From Anthoceros angustus (lineage: Eukaryota; Plantae; Anthocerotophyta): a stretch of 64,000 nucleotides of DNA. The DNA lies in NCBI GenBank assembly GCA_010909165.1, contig MU008197.1, forward strand, positions 434,001-498,000, given 5' to 3'. Within the stretch, counting starts at the first letter, position 1, and every line of letters starts with the position of its first letter. A program made the translations under genes and the position numbers. Under the pieces are notes generated by a model. That model did not search any database. It saw only the letters and a list, made by a program, of their open reading frames with translations, and had not been told where the DNA came from. Below are positions 25,322-35,199 of the stretch, in pieces.

Positions 25322-26533
25322 ATGGGGACGGCAGACTCATCCGGCGCGGCGCGGTGGGTCGAGCTGCCCCGGCGCCCGCCGCCAGCGCCGCCAGGCAGGC
25401 CACCACGGCGCTGCGGTGGGTGGCCTGGTGCTGCCCCGGCCTGCCGCGGCCCCGCCTGCACCGCCTCTTCCGCCGCCGGGAAGTGCGCATGCGGGCTTCG
25501 CAGCAGGAGCAGGGCGGCCGCGGAGGGTGGGAGAGGCGGCGCTGTTGCCGCCAGGCGCCGTGCTGTGCGTGCCCGCCTCCTGGCCCTGGCCTGGCGGCGC
25601 CGCCTTCCTCATCCCGGCACCCGGCGGCGGGGAGCGGCGGCGGCGCGCGATATGGCGGCGCGCGAGATGGCGGCGCGGGTGCTGTACAGGGACGCGGCCG
25701 TGGTGGTCGTGGACAAGCCGCGGGGCGTGGCGGTGCAGGGCAGGACGGGCGTGGCGCGGAGCCTGGACGACGGCGTCATGGCCAGGCGATGGCGTCGCTC
25801 GGGGATCCAGACGGAGACGGAGACGCCCAGCCTCCGCGCCTGGTGCACCGGCTCGACAAGGACACCACGGGCGTGCTGCTTCTGGGAAGGACGCGGGACG
25901 GCGCCGCCTTGCTGCACTCGCTGTTCCGGGACAAGGGCGGGGAGCGTGGAGCGGCGGTACTGGGCGCTGGTGCTGGGCGAGCCGAGGGAGCGGGAGGGCA
26001 GGATCTCGGCGCCTCTGGCCAGGCTGGTGCTAGACGGCGGCGCTTCCGATCGGATCGTGGTGCGGGAAGTGGAGTCGGATGGGCCGGTCGTGGCCAAGAG
26101 CGCGGTCACGGAGTACAGGGTTCTGGGGCCTTCCTTGCTGGGCTGCACCTGGCTGGAGCTGCGGCCTCTCACGGGCAGGAAGCACCAGCTGCGGGTGCAC
26201 TGCGCGCAGGTGCTGGGCGCGCCCGTCGTCGGGGACTACCGATACGGCTGGAGGGCGCACAGGGAGTGGCCGTGGGAGCGGCTGCGGGAGGCCCAGGACA
26301 TGTCCAGGGAGCACGGGGACCTCCTCTCGGCCCAGCCCTGGCTGCACTTGCATTGCCGCGAGACCGCCATTCCCGACGTCGCTGCCCTGCTCCGTGGAGT
26401 GGACATGTCTCAGGCGGAGGTGTTGAGGTTTGTGGCGCCCTTGCCTCCGCACATGCAGGCAACCTGGAATTTCACTCTGCCAAATGGATTGTCCCGGATC
26501 AAGAGTACTCGTCGTGCTCAGGAGGCAGCCTAG
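25322..26533 (+). CDS. RluA-family RNA pseudouridine synthase (organellar RPUSD type; intronless; about 4 single-base corrections needed)
   Basis: Motifs ARWVELP, TTALRWVAWCCPGLPRPRLHRLFRRREVR, VLYRDAAVVVVDKPRGVAVQG, LVHRLDKDTTG (catalytic Asp), RRYWALVLG, LTGRKHQLRVHCA, LHLHC, APLPPHM. They are distributed over the ORF-track frames 24317-26533 and 25354-26601. Confidence 0.92.
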   Translation: MGTADSSGAARWVELPRRPPPAPPGRPPRRCGGWPGAAPACRGPACTASSAAGKCACGLRSRSRAAAEGGRGGAVAARRRAVRARLLALAWRRRLPHPGTRRRGAAAARDMAAREMAARVLYRDAAVVVVDKPRGVAVQGRTGVARSLDDGVMARRWRRSGIQTETETPSLRAWCTGSTRTPRACCFWEGRGTAPPCCTRCSGTRAGSVERRYWALVLGEPREREGRISAPLARLVLDGGASDRIVVREVESDGPVVAKSAVTEYRVLGPSLLGCTWLELRPLTGRKHQLRVHCAQVLGAPVVGDYRYGWRAHREWPWERLREAQDMSREHGDLLSAQPWLHLHCRETAIPDVAALLRGVDMSQAEVLRFVAPLPPHMQATWNFTLPNGLSRIKSTRRAQEAA

Positions 26534-26626
26534 GCCGGCTCATGAAAAGTACAATAAGGTGTATGGAAGGACGAACAAGTTTCAGATCCAAGTCCAGGTA
26601 GCCGTCACATAAGTCTGAGGAGGAAC

Positions 26627-29530
26627 TCAGCCACACTGCTTCTTGAACGTTAGACATTCCTCCGCCACGAAGTCACTGTGCAGGGCAGACAGTTACCCCA
26701 AGTCAAAAGGCAACCCAGGGGACAACGTCGGCGAAGTTCCACCCAAAGACAAGCTGCTGCTGCTTACTAGATGCGCTGTGCCATTTGATTCACATCCCAT
26801 CGTGGACTCCAGGGGTAATCAGTGTAAAGCCTGGAACTAAGAGGCTTGCCTCCTCTGGGATCAAAATGCTGCAAAAGACAGCACCGGTACCGCATCACGT
26901 GAGCTCAGGACTTCTGTTCCTATTGCCAGCTACAGAGTCCACGACACAACAGTACCTGAGAGCTCTGGAAAGTGAGAGCCGGCTGCTGCTTCGGAAAGTT
27001 GATTGGCAACGCCAGGTGAACCTGCATCAGTGGGACACTTGGGTCAGAGCACGCATTTTCCTCCAGATGCATGCTCTGTCGAAAAAAGGAAAAGCGTGAG
27101 GTTTCGAGAGCGGGGCACGACACGCACCAGGAATGAGAAGTTGCCTGATGACGCCAGCACTGTCACCCTCCGAAAGAGTGCCTGCGTAACAGTTGGAAAA
27201 ACAACAGTCAGATAACAACCCACTGACGTCAGACGAGCAACAATTAACAGGATTATTGGGTGTTCAAGAAGCGAGCAACGACCGTTTCTGCTTCAAGAGG
27301 TCGGCCGAAGTATAGAGCCAAAGCTTCTATGAAGTGTCTCCGCAGATTGACTGAATCGAAAGCCTCTTGTACCTGAAGAAAGAGGCCACAAACATCATCT
27401 ATCTACCTGCAAAGCATGTAACTTGTTCGCAGCAGCAAACAAAATATGACACACACCTGTAGCTTCAACAACTCTTGTACGTGAGGAAAATACTCCATCA
27501 AACAGCTGCCAGAGGAAGAAGGGTAAGAGGTGAAGTGCACTGTTTTACTGGTTTGAATGTCGGGCACAGATAGCCAACTTACGTGCGGTCAGGCCAGCCC
27601 GGAAGTTTCACATCGTCCACGTCGAATACCTCTTTCAACTCAATGGGCGCAATAAGTCTTAGTTGCGGGGGAGCAGCTCCTCCGTGGAGTGCATACCTGG
27701 CCTGTCACCAAAACATACACCCTATTCCGTTACCCGCATTGGTAGAGAAAGTTGGGCGACAGTTAGGGTTACAAGCAATACTGCAGGTTACAGTTCCTAA
27801 AGCCAAGGAACCGAAAGGCCGTCTTTAAATCCACCCGACGGACCGGGTTAGCAAGATACGGTGCCGCATATGGCTCCAGGGTGGAGATGGCATTGAGGAG
27901 AACCAATTCCTCCTTGCACAATCCGGACACTACTAGGCGTTGAAAGCAAGATATCCAAGAAAACCGACTTTCGCTCAGACAGTGGCACTGAAGAATCACG
28001 ACTCACTTACTTGCAACGATATCATAAGATCAGGGATTGTCCCAAACAGGCGAGGAAATCGCCGCATGTCAACGTTCAGCACTGGAAAGGAAATCAGAAC
28101 TTCGTCGGCCTGCGATCAAATCCAGAGCAAAATAACGTCCCTACGCATTGTTTGGAAAGTGTAATGAAAAGACTGGAGACAGAGCCTAGTGGCGTCAAAC
28201 TACCTTGTCAGATCCAGATACCAACCGCATCTCCAGGCCCTGTGGAGATATACAGCCATCGCACCAACAAGACACACATCATCCAACTCGGCTGCAACAG
28301 GCTTTGAGTGGCAGAACATGGAAGAGTAACTGTGAAGTCAGAAAAAATAAGAGTACAACTGTGAATGTGCTACGCCAATGCAATCTCTGTCTGCAAGCTG
28401 TGACAAATTCTCCAGAGGACCCAAGAGGCACGGGGGAGGGAGGTGGGGGCAAGTTGAGGCACACACACGCAGCTGACTCACCTCTGTGAAAGCCATTGTG
28501 CTGATCTCAAAACGGACTTGAGGATCCTCCACAGCCTCCACTCGTGACCGTTGATACTTCAGATATAAGCTTCTGCATGATTGGGACCACAATGCATAAG
28601 ATACGGGCTTCACAAGCTACATCACCACAAGCTCTGCAATTCACACACACCTGAGCTCCAAGATAAGGCGCAGCAGACGTGAGGGATCCGACACATTCCA
28701 ATCGCGTAGGATGGACCATGCACCCTTGGGAATACCAGACTCATCATCAGTCGGAGCTAGGGGCTGAAATTCTTCATCATCTGGCCCAAAAATGAAATCT
28801 GGGGGAAGCGACGGGTACTCCAGGTTGTACAAAACCTCCCCTGGAGAGGCAGGCCACTAGGGTTACACAATAGCGGAAATGCCTAACAGCTTCAGCAGGC
28901 TATCGGTCTCATCCAGCCAACTTACACCTCAGCAGCTCTAGGCAACAGGGTACAAAGACAGCCAGACGGTCTGTAGCTCGAGATTTTGCAGAGCCATCCC
29001 GAGTTTGCTCGATCTGCCATTTTCAGAGCCATAATAATACATGAGCTGTGAGGAAGACGACTGCCAACGGACCATGCCCGCATTGCACAAACCAGTCGGA
29101 CAGAAAGTGCTTCCTAATTAGCAGAAGAAACCAGCCCTAGCCAAGGGCGGGAGCCACAAACGACAGAACGGAGCAATTGCATCCACTCCAACATGCCACA
29201 ATTGAGCTAAGGCATCAAGCTGCAGCATGCCACCCTACAGGGAAGGATTAACGCGAAAACCAAGGCGAAGGATCCACATCTCAAGATTTGCACACGTAAC
29301 TCCACCCCCGCGGCCGAGAAGGCCACCGAGGCTTGCCTACGCGTACACATCCCGGCAACGGCAACACGCGGCATTCCTGACCAGGAACAGGGGAAAGAAG
29401 AGAAAGCGGAAGCGGCGGAGGAGGAGGAGGCTCCGGGGCCGGAGGATACCTTTATCGGAAGAGGAGATCTTGTCAGGGCATAGTCTAGTTGAGCAAGGAT
29501 CGGGTGGCGCTGCGCGGCGGCAGCGGCCAT
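26627..29530 (-). CDS. BRE: BRISC and BRCA1-A complex member 2 (BRE/BRCC45), about 12 exons
   Basis: Exons include 29530-29450, 29013-28926, 28840-28651 (WEVLYNLEYPSLPPDFIFGPDDEEFQP) and 28572-28482. Later exons encode LRRHFIEALALYFGRPLEAET, VHLALPINFPKQQPALTFQSSQ, YTDYPWSPRWD and YDFVAEECLTFKKQCG-stop (TGA at 26629-26627). Confidence 0.92.
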
Positions 29531-29562
29531 GGTTCAGGTTCCGGGACGATGCCGCCTCGTTT

Positions 29563-30085
29563 ATGACGCGCCAGTGGCTCCGAGTGAAGGAGCACAGGCC
29601 TCCCGCTTCTCTGGCGCTGGTGGTGGTCTTCCTGGGGTTTTTCTTCCTGGTGATGGTATGGAGCTGGTGGACGGGTCCTCCTATCCCGGCCGGCCTCTTC
29701 CTGCGTCGACACCGCAAGCGCCTCGACAAGCTCCGCAAGAGGATCCGCGACACGCTCTTGCAAGGGATGATCAACCGCATCCGCGGCTTCCGTCGCTCCA
29801 GGTGCTTCAATTTTTCCACCACCATAATTCAGCGCCCTTTCCGATTTTTTTTCACCCCTGCAGCATGCTGCATTCCAATTTCTTCTGCAAATTCCAATCC
29901 GATATTTTGCACTATCTCTTATGCCTTGTTGGGTGTGTGGCATAGTTATGCGTTTTCACTCAAAAAGACCCGTTTTTTATTTCAGGGATCTTGGTGGCTC
30001 CCGAGATCCGCCCTTGGATTTAGACATGGGTTACGACGAAGACGAGGACCTTGATATGGAGATAGACGAACATGGGCTGAGCTGA
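29563..30085 (+). CDS. Candidate orphan 112-aa single-pass membrane protein (2 exons)
   Basis: Exon 29563-29801, GT..AG intron 29802-29985 with a T-rich acceptor, exon 29986-30085. The phases join correctly: MTRQWLRVKEHRPPASLALVVVFLGFFFLVMVWSWWTGPPIPAGLFLRRHRKRLDKLRKRIRDTLLQGMINRIRGFRRSRDLGGSRDPPLDLDMGYDEDEDLDMEIDEHGLS. Codons are GC3-rich. No family recognised. Confidence 0.5.
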
Positions 30086-31247
30086 GCTCAACGTTACACC
30101 TTTTTTTGAGCCTTATATCACCCCACAGGGAAGAGAGGTTTTGAAGTAATGATCTTATCATTTGCAAGTTTAGCATAAGTTACGAGGAGCTGATAAATAC
30201 ATACTCTCTAATATATTAATTTATTAGCTTTTATTATTATTAAATTAGATGAGATGGATAATTATGAGAACTGATCAGCTTCAGCTGTTACCTAACTCTT
30301 GCATCACTTGTGAACTGAAATAGATTTGACACCATCTTCTCCATATATCAAATTCTAGTATTGTTTGTATTTGTCTTCCTAGTCTCATCCTTTCCTTTAT
30401 TGAGGTTAATCCATATTTTACGCTACAAAAAAGACCTGAAATTTATCATATATTTATCATATATTTAAAATTTATATTTATCATATATTTAAAATATATA
30501 TTTATCATATATTTAAAATTTATCATATATTTATTTGTAGAAAAAACAGTTAAAATTTATCATATATTTATTTTTAGAAAAAAACAGTTAAATTTTATTA
30601 AATAGATTTTTTTAGAAAAAACTAGGTACATATTGCATTCTTTTATTTGTATAGTAAACATCCGCTCACACAAGTCATACGTTTTATTGCATAGTATTTT
30701 TGTACTGAAGAAATAAAAATATGATAGTAAAAATATAATTTATGATTACCAATAGTTTTTTTATATCTCTGAACATGCATTAATTTCAATCACAATTCTT
30801 GAATAAGACTAATCAAAAAATCATCTTTTTAATATTTACACTTATAGTTAATTTTTAATGAACTAGGTTTCCTATTCTTTAGAACTATTTGATCAAGAGT
30901 CTTTAGGTTTGATAATTCATGGGATAAGGGATAAGTTAAGCATCATGTTAAAAGATGAGGTATATTAAATATTATTTATTTTAGGAAAGAAAAAAACTAG
31001 AAGAAAAATATATATCCACTGTCATTCACATTATTATACTTCATTACTTCAAATGATGGTCATACAATCTAGTGTAGAGGCCCTAGCCTTCGTGCCAAGT
31101 CACTCTTAATACATTTTTACATTTCATTTAAATATGTGTTGATAATATTATCATGATGACTTTCTCATAAGGTGTAACAAAGACAAGTATCAAAGGACAC
31201 ATGCTCAAGTTATTTCTTAAGTTTGTTCAAATTTAGAAACCTCTCTA

Positions 31248-33425
31248 ATGGATATTAAAGGATTCCAAGAGAAAAGAATGAGGAAAAGTAGCATATCTAA
31301 AGTGCGTTTCTCAGACAACATTGAATATAGATCTTTTTTTAGTCCTCCAAAAACACCAGAAACATCATCATCCATTTCAAGTCAGAATGGTGGAGACTAC
31401 TTGGAATTTGTTCCCCCAATCAAAGAACCGGAATGGTTTTACCTATGGAATGTCATAAAAGTTCAAGCTTGGTGGAAAGGAAGAATAGCTTTTTCTTGCT
31501 TCCAAGTCAAGGTACTCTTTTTTGGATATTTTTTATCATTGCCTTCCAGAAAATGAGATTTAATCATTCTAAATGAGGTTATGATTTGGCTTGGTGTAAT
31601 GAACAGCTTGAAGTCACCAGCTGAAAGTGCACATGTTGTAGAACAATATAACTTGATATATTGCAGAGGCGGGCTGCTCAAGTTATACAAAGATACTGGT
31701 ATAGTTATATTGCAAATCCAAGAAGGAAGAGATCGAAAAGAACTCAAAACACAGCTGCTCAAAGAATACAACGTTGTTGGCATTCATTTCAAGTAAGCTT
31801 TTGTTCATCTTCTTGAAGCATTTCTTGATTATTAATCCATTAATATTTATCCATCCATGCAAAACAGGATAAAAAGGTATATCGCTACTATCGAGATATG
31901 ATACTACATCGAGAAAATGTTGCACCAAGCTTTCTTTTACAATTTGGGCTAAATCCTACTGAGGTGCATATCCATTGGAACAGAATTTGTGTCACAAAGA
32001 ATTCTTTGTGATTATTTATTATGATTGGATTGTCTTTTTGATGTATGGAGTTAATGGATATGACTGTTAAATACATGTAGGCAAGTCTAGCAGACAAGGC
32101 CGCAGGATTACATGTTCGTTTCCGACTTAGTGGAATTTCATTTCCGCCTCTGGTGAGGATTAATTTCAATCATTGTTTTTTTCAATACAAATTGGATTAA
32201 TTTGAAGCTAATCAAACTCTTATCAGATGTAGTACAAAATATACATAGATTAACTTGAAGCTAATTAAACTCTTATCAGATGTTGTACAAAATATATACA
32301 CATAGACCTGTTGTGGATATGGGAGCTTTTAGTCCACGACAATATGCTCTCTGCAAAAATGAAAATGCAGGTTTATTATTTGGGTATCATATATTTGATA
32401 TTTCATAATTAGTCAAACTACTCAGGCGAAAATATTGAAATATTATCATCAAGTATCAACACATTGTCCTTACATCTAAAATCTATGTATTTCATACGGC
32501 AGAGATGTATAAGCGTTGGGAGAATAATGGGTGGAGATTGGTAACCTCTACATATTGGATGCAGATCTGCCCCTCTGCACTTGTAGATTCTGCTACAAAA
32601 CAAGTGTAGGTTCGCAATTGTATTTTAACCATATGTATTTGTTCATATTTGATATTATTGATTGGAAAGAATTTATCTGGGACGTATTTGTAAATATTTT
32701 TATACGTAAAATATCAGAGATACATTTCCGCACATGCTGGTAATGAGAAGAGAATGTAGAGCAAAAAAAGTACGACAAAAAAAGAGAGCATGGCTAATGA
32801 AATTGTAAGAAGATTTCAAATTGTAAGAAGGTTTTAATTTAGACGAAAACAATAGAAGTGATCATGATCCACTAATAAAATAAAAACTGGCAGATACACA
32901 GAGGGGCGTCTTGCCGAAGTGGGAGAAGGTATATAAATATTATATAAATATTTTAAAATTAAAGATATGTGGATGTGATTATTCTTCGAATTCTTACTCA
33001 ATATATATGGTAAACTCTATCTAGGTGGACCTGATAAACCAGTAAAAACCAACAGTACCATCTTGAAAGATTTAGAATCTTCAGATGATTTTGAGCTTCT
33101 AAAATGGACTTTAGGTTCATATTCTCACACCTTGTATCCATGAAGTACTTAAATTTTAATTAACATTAATTCAATAAAAAATTTGCTTGTATTATTTCAA
33201 ACTAATGCAAATGCATTGTATATGTTCATAGCTTTGGATTTTGAAGCTTATGATAAAGATTGGCTAAAGCTAGCAACGTCCTGGGATATGGAAAGTGACT
33301 TTCAAACAACCGCTGGAAGATGTATGTTTGATGAAAAATTAAGCTTTGCAGCCTTGTCAAATCGTTCCTTGGTAACTGGATGGGCACCTGTAGACCCACA
33401 AAACAATATTGAGGCAAAGAGATAG
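31248..33425 (+). CDS. MFI: C11orf65/MFI-like IQ-motif protein, 10 exons, 385 aa
   Basis: Exons 31248-31511, 31667-31792, 31868-31963, 32081-32152, 32280-32370, 32503-32605, 32718-32804, 32894-32928, 33025-33114, 33232-33425. All GT-AG and phase-consistent with no stops. Motifs AAQRIQRCW, LNPTEASLADKAAGLHVRFRLSGISFPPLMLYKIYTHRPVVD, WENNGWR and LLKWTLALDFEAYDKDWLKLATS match recalled human C11orf65 (INPKEAELLDAAAGIHVRFRLGGVKFPPDIYYKIFTHRPIED; IENNGWR; LLKWTNALDFDEY). Confidence 0.88.
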
Positions 33426-34236
33426 CATCTAGAAGCAGACAATGGTGTAGGACATATATTTTACAACCCTACCCCCCCTTGTCACCCTCCACTTGAGTTA
33501 GTAGCCCATCCCACTTGCAGCTGCAGGTTTGGCATATGCGGCTAGGAAAGTAGTCTTTACTCTCAACAAGCACACTGTACATATTTGGCTTTTCTGAGAT
33601 AAATTTTCAAGAGTGTCGGAGCTTCCGAGTCCGCAACTTCTGGCGGGCACCGAAGTTTGTGGCCAGCGAACATGATGTTCGTAAGCTGCGCATGCAATGC
33701 ATTTGGAGGCTTGCAGCCGAAGCGTTACAGTTACAAGGCTCAGAACTGGAAATAAATATGCCCCACCTCGCCCAGCGTTGGAGATTGCAAATTACATATA
33801 AGTTGCAAACTGCGGGCAAGCAATGGCATTCCTGTAGCGAAACACGTGGATGTAGATTTCTAAGTCTCCAAGCCAGCGTACGTGAACTGGTCCGACCCCA
33901 CCCTGCCGGAGACTGTCCTCTCCGGAAGGGTTCGTCACGGATAAAACCCTATGAGGGAGGAGCAAAGCGCACCAGATGAGGTTGGCTTGCCAATTGGGGA
34001 AGAATGGACCGCGCAAGGGAAATGCCACCCTGCCATCGCTTTTGTCGCATCATATGGAAAGTGACTTACAAAAAACCGCTGGAAGACGAATGGTTGATGA
34101 GAAATTGAGCTTTGCAGCCTTGTCAGATCGTTCCTCGGTAACTGGATGGGCACATTCCGGAGACTCACAAAAGAATGTTGAGGCAAGGACGTCGCATCTA
34201 GAACCAAAGAATGGTGTGGGACATGTACTATTTTGC
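33286..34236 (+). repeat. Diverged ~185-bp direct duplication (33286-33465 and 34052-34236)
   Basis: Both copies start atatggaaagtgact and share agctttgcagccttgtca, ggtaactggatgggcac, ttgaggcaa, gcatctagaa and aatggtgt. Confidence 0.93.
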
Positions 34237-35199
34237 AGCTTGCTGACTTCCTTAAGAGAGCCCAGATTCTGGACCACTCTCCTGTTACAGTTGCTGGCAT
34301 GCAATGTCCGGGATGCTGCCGCATGGACGCCTCTTGCTATTTGGAGGCCAGGCTGCCCGGTGATGGGCGCGGGAGCATCCCTCTGGCTCGTGCTTGCCGA
34401 CGCAATCTGAGCGCTCGTAAACAGGGGACATTCACGAGCTCAGCGGATCCAAGGGCGTGGTGTTTCTGAGCGGGCCGACCCATGAATCGGAAGGCTCGCC
34501 AAAGTTTAAACTAGGGATTCGGACATGTGTCATGAGCTAGCGGATGCTCTTCTCCAAGCAATGCAGTCTTCCAAGGAAATGGTGTTTGATGTGGGAGCAG
34601 GATGGTCTGCCGACCTGCATCGCGAGGGAAAAGAACAAGAAGAGCAAACTTCAAGATCTCTGGAGCCTCCGAGCTTTGAAAACATTAAACAGGCTTTCCA
34701 AACCGGTGGCCAGACCAGACATGACTGAAGCTCAACATCCTTTTATCTATACTTGCAACTGAAAATCTCTGACAACTATGTCAGGCCGTGCGGCTTTGCA
34801 GCTCCATGGCTCTAAAATGTACAGTGCTGAAACGCGACCCAATCGGAGTGTCGCTCGCCGGCTGCTTTGCATGTTCATCCTTCACGCTCGGAACGCAATG
34901 TGGACATAGTTTAGGGCTTGAGGGGTTAGGGTTCTAGAACAAATGAATTAATGTCATCCGGGACAGCAATCTTGGCAGTCCTTGCACTGTGCTGAAAACC
35001 TTGTGTTTTGCACTGTGCTGAAACGGTGAGTGTACAGCTAAGAAGGCTGAAAGCTGTGTGTTCAGCACTACACGATTGCTTTCTGGCATCGAGTGGCATT
35101 TGTGATGAACCTGGCCTAAGCCAAGATTAAGATGACACACTGAAGCAAACGCATACAGTACAGGTTGAAAGCCATTGAAGTGTTCCGTGAGCACAAATG

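Noticed and set aside
24554-26533. JMJ30 and RluA as pseudogenes or programmed frameshift genes
   Set aside because: There are no in-frame stops or motif decay, all shifts are -1 at homopolymers, and the same pattern is seen in unrelated genes. Sequencing error is the simpler explanation.
24317-26601. Long overlapping ORFs of 738, 428, 415 and 377 aa in the ORF track
   Set aside because: These are GC-rich shadow frames stitched across JMJ30 antisense and the frameshifted RluA gene. Only parts carry real motifs.
32541-32564. Apparent 24-nt GT..AG micro-intron in MFI
   Set aside because: Reading through gives VTSTYWMQ, which aligns with the homolog (VSDTFWLS), so it is exon.
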